Part shown: positions 23,596 through 32,574 of the stretch, piece after piece | How positions within the stretch are numbered: the first letter of the stretch is position 1 | Layout: the number at the start of each line of letters is the position of its first letter | NCBI GenBank assembly: GCA_946413265.1 | Contig: CAMKJU010000007.1 | Location: 296 to 64,295, forward strand | DNA: 64,000 nt | From: an uncultured Lentisphaerota bacterium | GTDB lineage: Bacteria; Verrucomicrobiota; Kiritimatiellia; RFP12; UBA1067 | Direction: 5' to 3' | The notes under the pieces: model-generated | What the model saw: only the letters and a program-made list of their open reading frames with translations | Told to the model about the DNA's origin: nothing | Database searches by the model: none | Translations under genes and position numbers: made by a program

Positions 23596-24378
23596 TTACG
23601 CGAGCTCCGCCTTCAACGCCTCCTCGGCGCGCCATGCGTAGTACTTCTTCAGCTTGAGCTTCGAGGCCGCCGCCTCGTCGCAGAAGAACCAGCAGTCGGG
23701 GTGCATCTGGAGCGCGCTCGCCGTGCAGAACTGCGACACGCCGCCCTCGACCGCGCCCTTCACCGCGTCCGCCTTGTTCGCGCCGAACGCGAGCAACACG
23801 ATCCGCTTCGCCTCCATGATGGAGCCCACTCCCATCGAGAGAGCCTGCTTCGGCACGTCCGCCGCCTTCTTGAAGAAGCGGGCGTTGTCCTTGATCGTCT
23901 GCGGCGTGAGCGACACGATGCGCGTACGGCTCGTGAGCGAGCTGCCCGGCTCGTTGAATGCGATGTGGCCGTCGGACCCGATGCCGAGCACCTGGAGGTC
24001 GATGCCGCCGGCCTTCTTGATCGCCGCCTCGTAGGACTTCACTTCCTTCCGCCAGTCCTTCGCGAGGCCGTTCAGCACGTGCGTGTTCTTCTTGTCGATG
24101 TCGATGTGGTCGAAGAGGTTCTTGTCCATGAAGTAGCGGTAGCTCTGATCATGCGTGGGCGGCAGGCCGAGGTACTCGTCGAGGTTCCAGCTCTTCGCCT
24201 TCTTGAAGCTGATCTTGCCCGCAGCGCAGTCCTTGGCGAGCGCCTGGTACATGGGCACAGGCGTGGAGCCGGTCGCAAGGCCCAGCACGGCTGTCGGCTT
24301 CGTCTTGAGCAGCGCGGCCACGAGGTCGGCAGCCTTGCGGCTCGCCTCTTCCTTCGTCTTGCAGATGATGATTTCCAT
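23596..24378 (-). CDS. nagB: glucosamine-6-phosphate deaminase
   Basis: VLGLATGSTPVPMY, WNLDEY, GIGSDGHIAFNEPGSSL. Confidence 0.9.
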   Translation of the reverse strand: MEIIICKTKEEASRKAADLVAALLKTKPTAVLGLATGSTPVPMYQALAKDCAAGKISFKKAKSWNLDEYLGLPPTHDQSYRYFMDKNLFDHIDIDKKNTHVLNGLAKDWRKEVKSYEAAIKKAGGIDLQVLGIGSDGHIAFNEPGSSLTSRTRIVSLTPQTIKDNARFFKKAADVPKQALSMGVGSIMEAKRIVLLAFGANKADAVKGAVEGGVSQFCTASALQMHPDCWFFCDEAAASKLKLKKYYAWRAEEALKAELA

Positions 24379-24411
24379 TTACTTTCTCCTTTGTTGGTTT
24401 GGTTGTTGGGG

Positions 24412-25233
24412 TTACGAAAGCGATGCGCGCATAGCGGCGCGGTCGGCCGCAAGGCCGGTCCAGAGCTCGAACGACTTCGCGCCCTGCCCCACGAGGAAGT
24501 CGAGTCCGTCCGTTGCGACTGCCCCCGCCGCGCGGGCCGCAGACGCCGTGGGCGGGAACGTCACGGTGGGCACGATGTCGAGAACGAATTGTCCGGGATG
24601 GAAACACTCTGGCGGCAGTGCGCTCGGCTCGCCAGGGTGGAGTCCCATGGGCGTCGCGTTCACAACGAGCTCCGCCTGTGTCGCCGCCGCGCCCCAGTCG
24701 GGTCCGCACACCTCCACGCGCGTGCCGAGTCCGAGGGCGTTTAGCTTCTCGGCGAGCGCCGACACGCGCGCGCCGTCGAGGTCGGCGAGGACGAGCGACG
24801 CGGCCTTCTCGTAGCAGCACGCTGTCGCGAGCGCGCTCCCCGCGCCGCCGCAGCCGACGATGAACACGCGCTTCCCCGCGAGCGTGAAGCCGTGTCCGGC
24901 AAGGCCTTCCACAAAGCCGATCACGTCCGTGTTGTAGCCGGTGATCGTGCCGTCGGGCTCAAACTTGAGAGTGTTGCACGCGCCGTAGCGCGACACGCTC
25001 ACATCCACGTGGTCGAGAAGAGGAATCACCGCTAGCTTGTGCGGCACCGTCACATTGAGGCCCGCGTAGCCCTCGCGCTGCTTCTCGCGCACGAACGACT
25101 CCACGTCCTCCGGCGCCACGTCGAACTTCTCGTACGTGCCGTCGAAGCCGATGGCGCGGAAATTGGCCGCGTGCATCTTCGGCGACAGCGAATGCGCCAC
25201 CGGATGCCCGATCACCGCAAATTTCATTTTCAT
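24412..25233 (-). CDS. aroE: shikimate dehydrogenase
   Basis: VIGHPVAHSLSPKMHAANF, GLNVTVPHK, GYNTDVIGF, GCGGAGSA. Confidence 0.9.
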   Translation of the reverse strand: MKMKFAVIGHPVAHSLSPKMHAANFRAIGFDGTYEKFDVAPEDVESFVREKQREGYAGLNVTVPHKLAVIPLLDHVDVSVSRYGACNTLKFEPDGTITGYNTDVIGFVEGLAGHGFTLAGKRVFIVGCGGAGSALATACCYEKAASLVLADLDGARVSALAEKLNALGLGTRVEVCGPDWGAAATQAELVVNATPMGLHPGEPSALPPECFHPGQFVLDIVPTVTFPPTASAARAAGAVATDGLDFLVGQGAKSFELWTGLAADRAAMRASLS

Positions 25234-25263
25234 GTCAACTCTCTCTTCCTTGCGACGCTGGAT

Positions 25264-25272
25264 AGTATAGCA
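25264..25272 (-). promoter_or_regulatory. extended -10 (TGCTATACT) upstream of aroE
   Basis: Minus strand ATATGCTATACT, about 30 nt before the ATG at 25233. Confidence 0.4.
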
Positions 25273-25330
25273 TATCCGCCCGTATCCGCGTCATGCGAAT
25301 CACAATCACTTCAAATGCGCGACGCGGCAA

Positions 25331-25359
25331 TTGACGCACAAGGCAGGTTTTACTATACT
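25331..25359 (+). promoter_or_regulatory. sigma-70-type promoter (TTGACG-N17-TATACT)
   Basis: Near-consensus -35 and -10 with a 17-nt spacer, 22 nt before the ATG at 25381. Confidence 0.5.
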
Positions 25360-25380
25360 ACCCGCCCCCAGAGAAAAGAA

Positions 25381-26739
25381 ATGAAAGACATACCAAACGA
25401 GGAAAAATCGTCCGCCGTGACGCTCTCCGACATGGAGATATTCGTGTTCCCCGAACTGATGTACGCCCTCGTGCTCGCGAACATCCTCTCCCCGCGCCTC
25501 TGGGCCTGGCGCGACCTTCCGTGGTTCGACGGCATCCGCGAGATGCGCCCGAAACGGCGCCTCCAGCGTCTCCGCCAGCACATCATGGACAACTACACGT
25601 TCAACCTCGACCTCGAGACTTGGGGACTCACCACCCAGCAGCGCGAGCTCGCACGCTTCGCCCCCTTCCTCTCCCCCGACGAGATCACCAAGTCCAACGC
25701 CCTCTTCGGCTACCAGGGCGACGTCTACTACTACGACATCGACATCCGTCGCCACTTCGGCCTCGACAAGTACACCTCTGACACCATCCCCTACTGGAAG
25801 ACCGAGACGATCGAGGCGATGGACGCCTTCCGCCACAAGGAAGGCCACGCCGTCGGCGCGGGCGAGTGCGTGTCCCTCGCCGGCCTCTACGCCGCCGCCG
25901 CTTTCGTCGTATGCGGCCTGCCCCTCGAATCCATCTACCTCATGGCCACGCCCCTCCACTCGCAGAACTTCCTCGACGTGGACACCGGCATCCTCACGAA
26001 CAACCGCCGCCTCGTCACGAGAGCCATGTGGGCGAACGGCACCGTAATCTCCCAGCAGGCCCGCCGCGCCCTCGAACATGAGCGCGTGACGATCGTCTCG
26101 CACGCAACCGGCTACATCCACCTCCTCTACCCCACGGCTACGATCGATCCCGCCGCCTACGCGCATTTCTCCAAGCGGCTCGCCTCCTTCCTCATACCAC
26201 CCGAAGACGCAGCCGATACGCGCCTCGTCACGCCGCGCCTTCCGGATTCATCGCGCGTCGCGTTCGACCGCTCCGACGCCCCGCTCGACCTCACGCCCGA
26301 AATGGACTACGCCGAAATCGCCCAGCGTCTCGACGCCCTCCGCGCGACCAACCGCGCCGCCGCGCTCGCCCCCTACGCCGCGCGCGAACTCGCCATCACG
26401 GAAGAAGGCCCATTCATCCAAGCCGCCCTCCAACGCAACCCCGTTTCCAAATCTGCCCTGGGAGGGTCGCGTTCCTGCGCGACCGAAACCGTCGCCCGCA
26501 TCGCCGCACTTCCGAACGAATCAATCTACGACGGCCCCTCTCGCCTCGCGCAGCCGGACGAGGTATGGAACTTCGGACGTGGCGACGGTCTTGAGAAATG
26601 CCTCCTCGCAGCAAACATCCTCGGCGGCACGGAGATTCGCATCGACAACAACTCGGCCGCCCTGCTTGACGGCGGACGCATAATCTGTACCTTCCCTACA
26701 GCCAAATCCCCCCGTTCCAGCACCTGGCCCCTTGTTTAA
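25381..26739 (+). CDS. hypothetical protein (452 aa), possibly transglutaminase-like Cys core
   Basis: The start is supported by the promoter at 25331-25359. GAGECVSLAGLYAAAAF resembles a papain/transglutaminase-type Cys motif. The upstream part of track ORF 25039.. is antisense to aroE. Confidence 0.6.
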   Translation: MKDIPNEEKSSAVTLSDMEIFVFPELMYALVLANILSPRLWAWRDLPWFDGIREMRPKRRLQRLRQHIMDNYTFNLDLETWGLTTQQRELARFAPFLSPDEITKSNALFGYQGDVYYYDIDIRRHFGLDKYTSDTIPYWKTETIEAMDAFRHKEGHAVGAGECVSLAGLYAAAAFVVCGLPLESIYLMATPLHSQNFLDVDTGILTNNRRLVTRAMWANGTVISQQARRALEHERVTIVSHATGYIHLLYPTATIDPAAYAHFSKRLASFLIPPEDAADTRLVTPRLPDSSRVAFDRSDAPLDLTPEMDYAEIAQRLDALRATNRAAALAPYAARELAITEEGPFIQAALQRNPVSKSALGGSRSCATETVARIAALPNESIYDGPSRLAQPDEVWNFGRGDGLEKCLLAANILGGTEIRIDNNSAALLDGGRIICTFPTAKSPRSSTWPLV

Positions 26740-26752
26740 TCGGGGGTACATG

Positions 26753-26856
26753 CGGCGCGCTCGGTGATCGCGCCCTACCATGCGAATCGGTAGGGGCCGA
26801 CCACCGAGCGGACCGCACTAACTGGGAAAGCCGCCATCTTGGCGGCACACTGGGAC
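26753..26856. repeat. REP-like elements plus a 40-nt conserved tail (left flank of the ORF6N cassette)
   Basis: CGGCGCGCTCGGTGATCGCGCCCTACC (reverse complement of 13201-13227), then GGTAGGGGCCGACCACCGAGCGGACCGC, then ACTAACTGGGAAAGCCGCCATCTTGGCGGCACACTGGGAC. The last 68 nt repeat at 27978-28045. Confidence 0.8.
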
Positions 26857-26901
26857 AATGGGCATCTTGCCCGTTGCGGGTCACCGTTGACACGTGACGC
26901 C

Positions 26902-26996
26902 GTTTACTTTTGAAGTTTTATAAAACATTAAATTGAACTTGACGTTTTATAAAACATTTAAAATAAAACAACGTTTTATAAAACATCAAAAGTAAA
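26902..26996. repeat. AT-rich symmetric array of three 12-bp perfect palindromes GTTTTATAAAAC at 29-bp spacing
   Basis: Palindromes at 26915-26926, 26944-26955 and 26973-26984. Outer inverted repeat GTTTACTTTTGA / TCAAAAGTAAAC. The whole 95 bp is centred on the middle palindrome. Confidence 0.85.
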
Positions 26997-27870
26997 CTTC
27001 CTTCAAAGGACCTGAAAGCGGAGAGGCGGGCGGGCGGAGACGAGACGCGCGAGCGAACCGTTTGGATCGAGCGACGCGAAGACCGCTTCGCCACGATGTC
27101 GGGGATGTTGGACTTGTCCATTGACGAGAAGGCGAAGCACTTCTTGCCGAGGTGGTTCAGCGACGCGCCCACGTGGATGAGCACCGTCTTATCGATTACG
27201 AGAAAGCGGTCGTGGAACTTGTCGGAGACTTTGACCGTAAGCGAGTTGGCGTACTGGGCATTGAACTGCGCCACATCGACGGCATGGAGCAACTTGTTCC
27301 GGGAGTTCTTCACCACGAGCACCTGCACGCCCTGCCGCTTCTGCGCCATGAGCGGCAGAACGGAGTCGGCGAAGTACGGGTCGATGACGATCAGTTCCTG
27401 ACGCGCCATGCGCACGAACTTTTTCATCTGCTCGAACGCATCGTATATCTGGCCGTCATAGAACACCTTCTGCGGCGGGAACTTCTTGTCCTGCATCGCG
27501 TCGAGAATCAGCTTGAAGCGCTCTTCGTTGCGGACCTGATTGGCGTCGTTCTTTGCCTGGTCTGCGATTTGCCGTCTGTCTGTCGCTTCAATACGGGCGA
27601 GAAGTGGCGCGATGGAAGCGAGAGCCTTGCGCATAGCGACAAATGCCCGCATGATTTGAATGTTTGAGGCGACTGCACTGGGGGATTGTAGGACACCGCT
27701 TAACATTGCGACCCCATTTTCGGTAAAAGCGTATGGCATGTATTTCAAGTGTTGCCCACGCCCTCCGTTTAAGATGCCAATTGGCATCTTAAACATTCTT
27801 CATGGCTCAACTGAAACATGAAGTCATCAGGGAATCGTTCAAGATTGCGTTTAACCTGTCGATTGATTTG
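26918..27870 (-). pseudogene. ORF6N-domain / PLD-like protein gene, frameshifted and N-terminally truncated
   Basis: Fragment 1 (track ORF 27769..28026): ...[24 protein letters not shown]. Fragment 2 in another frame: ...[47 protein letters not shown], then PLD-like [26 protein letters not shown]. Confidence 0.6.
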
Positions 27871-27977
27871 TATCAGAAATGTCTCGAAACTGATACAATC
27901 GGCGTACCGCCCGTTGTGGAAGAACGAACGCCCACGCAAGCCGCAGCGGGAGCGGCCGCGCTTGTCGCGACCTAAAT

Positions 27978-28045
27978 GGTAGGGCCCGCTCGCCAAGCGG
28001 GCCGCGCTAACTGGGAAAGCCGCCATCTTGGCTGCACACTGGGAC
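27978..28045. repeat. REP-like element plus conserved tail (right flank of the ORF6N cassette)
   Basis: GGTAGGGCCCGCTCGCCAAGCGGGCCGCGCTAACTGGGAAAGCCGCCATCTTGGCTGCACACTGGGAC. It is a direct repeat of 26789-26856, and the last 40 nt are nearly identical. Confidence 0.8.
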
Positions 28046-28085
28046 TCGATTTTTCAATTCTGGCGTTCCACGGGACGGCGGCTTA

Positions 28086-28094
28086 TGATATACT
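28086..28094 (+). promoter_or_regulatory. extended -10 (TGATATACT) 6 nt before the ATG (leaderless candidate)
   Basis: TGATATACTatatgcATG at 28086-28103. Confidence 0.4.
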
Positions 28095-28100
28095 ATATGC

Positions 28101-29555
28101 ATGAAAATCATCCTTGCGACAGCTACCGCCGCGTTAGCATGCGCCGCGGCAGCGGGAACGAACGACGTGCCCGTCATCGACGAGCCCGTCGATTCCGCGT
28201 TCCAGACCTCCTTCGGAGCCGACCTTCGCATCCGCGAAGAGATCATGCACAACGTGCCGGGCCTGCCCGGCGCGCCGGGCGCCATGATGCCGCGCGCCTA
28301 CAAAAAGAACATCAACCACCTGCGCGTCCGCCCGCGCGTGTACGGGCAGTTCGACTACGAGGAATTCACCCTGTACGGACGCCTCGTGAACGAGTTCCGC
28401 GAGCACTTCATCGAGAACGGCGTGAAGCGCAAGCGCCGCGCATACAACTTCCCCGACGAGGTTGTGCTGGACAACCTCTGGTTTCAGGGCAAGGGTCTCT
28501 TCGACGGCTTTCTCGACTTCCGCATCGGACGCCAGGACCTCTTCGACGGCCTCCACTCCACGCTCGGCCTCGACCGCATCATGATCGACGGCGCGCCCTT
28601 CGTGGGTTCGCGCAGCTGCTATGCGGACATGCTCCGCTTCACGCTGCACCCCACCGAGACCTCGAAGCTCGACGCCTTCGCGCTCTACGACAACGGACGC
28701 AACAACTACCGCTACGGCAACCGCCTCTCGCGAGGCCGGCCCATGAACGCCATCCACCCCGCCGACTCGCCGGAGATGGACGAATGGGGCGGCGGACTCG
28801 TCTGGAACGACGAACTATTCGAGAAGCGCCTCCCCTACCAGCTCTTCGTCGTTCACAAGCACGCGGAGGACTACCACACCGCATCCGGCGCGCGCATGCC
28901 CGACAAGCAGATCACCACCTTCGGCGTACACGTGATGCCGCAGATCACGGAGAACGTCTCCCTCGACCTCGAAGGCGCGAAGCAGTTCGGCACGAAGTCC
29001 AGCGACGTCCAGGCCGGCGGCTGGATGGGCTACGCGGCAATCGACTTCCACAAGCACGTGACCTCGCCCGACCAGATCCGCCCCTACACGCGCCTGAGCG
29101 CCTACTACCTCTCCGGCGACAAGCACCGCACGGGCGCACATGACAATGACACCGCCTGGGACCCGATGTGGGCGCGCGCGCCTATGGACTCGGAGATGTT
29201 CCAGTACGGCACGCTCTACGGCCTCGGCTACTGGAGCAACATGACCTACCCGAAACTGACCGTTGGCGCCGACATCGGCAAGCTCCACCGCGTCTCTGCC
29301 TACTCTGGCCCAATGTTCGCGGCGGTGCAGGACCATCTCGGCCACGCGGATGGCTCCGGCGACAGCATGTACAAGGGCTGGCTCACGGCCGCACGGTACG
29401 ACTTCCCGCTGCGAATTGCCCCCAAGGGTGCCACGGGCTTCGACCGCTTCACCGTCTTCGGTCATATCATCGCCGAGGTATTCAACCCTGGCGACTACTA
29501 TGATTCATCACGTCCGGCATACTTCATCCGCTGGGAGCTGATCTTCAAGTTCTGA
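28101..29555 (+). CDS. outer-membrane beta-barrel porin-like protein (alginate-export-family-like)
   Basis: Signal peptide MKIILATATAALACAAAAG, alternating beta-strand-like sequence, and a C-terminal ...WELIFKF ending in Phe. Confidence 0.5.
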   Translation: MKIILATATAALACAAAAGTNDVPVIDEPVDSAFQTSFGADLRIREEIMHNVPGLPGAPGAMMPRAYKKNINHLRVRPRVYGQFDYEEFTLYGRLVNEFREHFIENGVKRKRRAYNFPDEVVLDNLWFQGKGLFDGFLDFRIGRQDLFDGLHSTLGLDRIMIDGAPFVGSRSCYADMLRFTLHPTETSKLDAFALYDNGRNNYRYGNRLSRGRPMNAIHPADSPEMDEWGGGLVWNDELFEKRLPYQLFVVHKHAEDYHTASGARMPDKQITTFGVHVMPQITENVSLDLEGAKQFGTKSSDVQAGGWMGYAAIDFHKHVTSPDQIRPYTRLSAYYLSGDKHRTGAHDNDTAWDPMWARAPMDSEMFQYGTLYGLGYWSNMTYPKLTVGADIGKLHRVSAYSGPMFAAVQDHLGHADGSGDSMYKGWLTAARYDFPLRIAPKGATGFDRFTVFGHIIAEVFNPGDYYDSSRPAYFIRWELIFKF

Positions 29556-29617
29556 TCTCTGCGCTCCCTGCCTCTCTGCGCCTCTGCGTGAAATTCATTC
29601 GCAGGGGGCATTCATTT

Positions 29618-30730
29618 TTACCCTACGATGAGTTTCCCCACGAACGGGATGCGGCGGATTAGGACTCCCACCGCCGAGGCGATGACATACGACACCACCG
29701 CCGTGACAAATATCGTCGCAGGCGTGTTGCAGTGCGGACGCACCGCGTCGAACACCGCGAGCAGCACGAACATGTGCAGAAGGTAGGTGCCGTAGCTCGC
29801 CTCGGAAAGCGGACGCACTATCCACCGGTAAAACGCTCCGTCCGCCTTGATCTTCCGGACGAGCATGAACGCCGCGATCACCGCGACCGCCACTCCCGTG
29901 GAACAGTATTCGATGCTCATTTCCAGATCGACCGCAAAAGCATACGGCTTCGCGCACGGGAATTCGGGTATCCGAAAATAGAATCCGCCGCCCACGATGG
30001 CCGCGCCCGCCAGCCAGAGCGGAACCGACACGGCGAGCGTCCGCCGCCAGGAGAACTCGGGTGCGAACCGACGGAACCAGAAGCCGAGCAGCATGTAGCC
30101 GATGAAGCCGCTCACGTAGTGGAACATGCCGAACATGTTCCAGGGACACTCCCCGTAGAGATACGGCACGGCGCCGAACGACGGATCGCCGTAAAGAGCT
30201 GTCCACACGCGGCGCAGGTACGGAAACGTCGTCGTAACAAGCCAGAGAATCAGCCAGCCGCGCAGTTCGCGCTCCGTGACCTTCTCGGCCCACGGCGAGA
30301 GAAGCGGCATCAGGAGATACAGTCCAAGCAGCATCGGCACGAACCAGAGGTGTCCGCCGGCGTCCGGGAAATTGAAGCACGCCTTGCCCCAGCTGTCGCC
30401 GAACCACCAGACGTATGCGCAGACCCATACTATAAAGGGTACGAGTATGCGCGCAAGGCGCCGCCGGAAGAATTCGCCCGTCGGCTTCTTCAATGGGAAG
30501 AGAAGATAGCTTGATGCCATCACGAACAGCGGCACGCACACACGACAGACGCTTTCTACGATGGCGATCCAGATGGCGTCCCACTTGTTCGCGATGGACG
30601 TGATGTTCGGCGCCTCGCCGCCCAGGTAAAATGGTTCGCTGGAGTGGATGACCATGACCATGAAGCAGGCTATGATCCGTAGCCAGTCCAAAAACACAAT
30701 ACGATTGCCGGTTGTCTTTTCTGTTTCCAT
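29618..30730 (-). CDS. acyltransferase family 3 (OafA-like) membrane protein
   Basis: RIVFLDWLRIIACFMVMVIHS is an Acyl_transf_3 N-terminal signature. About 10 TM segments. Confidence 0.75.
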   Translation of the reverse strand: METEKTTGNRIVFLDWLRIIACFMVMVIHSSEPFYLGGEAPNITSIANKWDAIWIAIVESVCRVCVPLFVMASSYLLFPLKKPTGEFFRRRLARILVPFIVWVCAYVWWFGDSWGKACFNFPDAGGHLWFVPMLLGLYLLMPLLSPWAEKVTERELRGWLILWLVTTTFPYLRRVWTALYGDPSFGAVPYLYGECPWNMFGMFHYVSGFIGYMLLGFWFRRFAPEFSWRRTLAVSVPLWLAGAAIVGGGFYFRIPEFPCAKPYAFAVDLEMSIEYCSTGVAVAVIAAFMLVRKIKADGAFYRWIVRPLSEASYGTYLLHMFVLLAVFDAVRPHCNTPATIFVTAVVSYVIASAVGVLIRRIPFVGKLIVG

Positions 30731-30943
30731 TTCAATATCCCGTTTTTTGGGTTGGAACGAGTGGGTTTGCGTAGAAAATTATATCACAATTCTGAGTCCC
30801 TGTGAGTACATTCGCAACCCGTCATTAAACTGTGTGTCCGTTTTAAGCCGGCTAATAATTCCACCTCAATCTGGCTTGATATGCGGGAGAAAAATCGGGT
30901 ATAATATCGGCCACAGCCGAATCAGCAACAAGAAAGGATAAAG

Positions 30944-32557
30944 ATGAAACTGTCTCTTGAATCGATCGCCAATGACAAACAGTCGTGGGAAAAGGCCGGC
31001 GTGAAACTGCCGTCGTTCGACATTGCCGCCATGCGCGCGCGTACCGAGTCCGAGCCAGAATGGGTGCATTTCGGCGCGGGCAACATCTTCCGCGGTTTCA
31101 TTGGTTCGCTTTCGCAGCGGCTGCTGAACGAAGGACTTTCGCAGACGGGCATCATCGCCTGCGACACGTTCGACTACGACATCATCGACCAGATCTACAC
31201 CGCGCAGGACAACCTGACGCTCAACGTGCTGCTCAACCCCGACGGCACGGTGTCCAAGGAAGTGCTCGCGGGCGTCGCGAAGGGCGTCAAGGCGAACTTC
31301 GCGGACGCGGAGTCGAAGGATTACCTCAAGTCGGTGTTCCGTGCGCCGTCCCTGAAGATGCTGTCCTTCACGATCACGGAGAAGGGCTATCAGCTGCGCC
31401 AGACGAACGGCGCGTACCTTCCGGTGGTGGAGGCGGACATGAAGGAGGGCCCCGAGGCAAGCCGACACGCGATGTCCATCGTCGCGGCGCTGCTGCTGGA
31501 GCGCTTCCGCGCCGGCAAGCTTCCGATCGCCGTCGTCTCGATGGACAACTGCTCGCACAACGGCGAGAAGCTCAAGGCGTCCGTCGTCGAGATGGCGAAG
31601 GCGTGGGTGGCGAACGGCTTCGCGCCGGTGGAGTACCTCGCCTACGTGGAGGACGAGTCGGTCGTGTCGTTCCCCTGGTCGATGATCGACAAGATCACGC
31701 CGCGTCCGCATCCGCGCGTTGTGGAGATGCTTGCGAAGGACGGCATCGAGGGCATGGAGCCGATCGTCACCTCGAAGAAAACGTTCATCGCCCCGTTCGT
31801 CAACGCCGAGAAGCCGCAGTACCTCGTGGTGGAGGACCGCTTCCCGAACGGACGCCCCGCGCTTGAGAAGGTCGGCGTTTACATGACGGACCGCGACACG
31901 GTGAACAAGACGGAGAAGATGAAGGTCACGACGTGCCTCAATCCGCTCCACACCGCGATGTCGATGTACGGCTGCCTCCTCGGCTACACGCTCATCTGCG
32001 AGGAGATGAAGGACGCGGACATCGTGAAGCTCGTCAAGCGCCTCGGCTACGTGGAGGGACTGCCCGTCGTGGTCGATCCGAAGATTCTCTCCCCCAAGGC
32101 GTTCATCGACGAAGTGGTGAACGAGCGCCTGCCGAACGTGTTCATGCCGGACGATCCGCGCCGCATCGCCACGGACACGTCGCAGAAGGTGGGAATCCGC
32201 TTCGGCGAGACGGTCAAGAGCTACATCGCGACCGGACGCGACCTCAATACGCTCGTCTCGCTCCCGCTCGCGCTTGCGGGCTGGATGCGCTACCTGCTCG
32301 CCGTCAACGACGCGGGCGAGCCGATGGAGGTTTCGGCGGATCCGCTCAAGGACGAACTGCAGGCAAAGCTTGCGGGAATCGCGTGGAACGATCCTGCATC
32401 CTATTCGGGACAGCTCAAGCCCATCCTCGCGAACGCGTCCATCTTCGGAACCGACCTCACCCAGACGCCGCTCGCGGACAAGGTGGAGGGCTACTTCCTC
32501 CGTCTGCTCGAAGGCCCAGGGGCGGCCCGCCGTCTGCTGCAGGCCGAGCTGGCATAA
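30944..32557 (+). CDS. mannitol dehydrogenase-family oxidoreductase (UxuB/UxaB-like)
   Basis: VHFGAGNIFRGFIG Rossmann N-terminus and family-typical length. A TATAAT at 30900-30905 and an AAAGGA RBS lie upstream. Confidence 0.65.
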   Translation: MKLSLESIANDKQSWEKAGVKLPSFDIAAMRARTESEPEWVHFGAGNIFRGFIGSLSQRLLNEGLSQTGIIACDTFDYDIIDQIYTAQDNLTLNVLLNPDGTVSKEVLAGVAKGVKANFADAESKDYLKSVFRAPSLKMLSFTITEKGYQLRQTNGAYLPVVEADMKEGPEASRHAMSIVAALLLERFRAGKLPIAVVSMDNCSHNGEKLKASVVEMAKAWVANGFAPVEYLAYVEDESVVSFPWSMIDKITPRPHPRVVEMLAKDGIEGMEPIVTSKKTFIAPFVNAEKPQYLVVEDRFPNGRPALEKVGVYMTDRDTVNKTEKMKVTTCLNPLHTAMSMYGCLLGYTLICEEMKDADIVKLVKRLGYVEGLPVVVDPKILSPKAFIDEVVNERLPNVFMPDDPRRIATDTSQKVGIRFGETVKSYIATGRDLNTLVSLPLALAGWMRYLLAVNDAGEPMEVSADPLKDELQAKLAGIAWNDPASYSGQLKPILANASIFGTDLTQTPLADKVEGYFLRLLEGPGAARRLLQAELA

Positions 32558-32574
32558 ACACGTTGCTTGCGTCC

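Noticed and set aside
26902-26996. CRISPR array (also considered for the 9-mer arrays at 63700-63963 and the 22-bp repeats at 56252-56412).
   Set aside because: The repeats are too short (9-22 bp), and the spacers are either absent or as short as the repeats. There are only 3-4 units or strict tandem arrays, and no cas genes are in the window.
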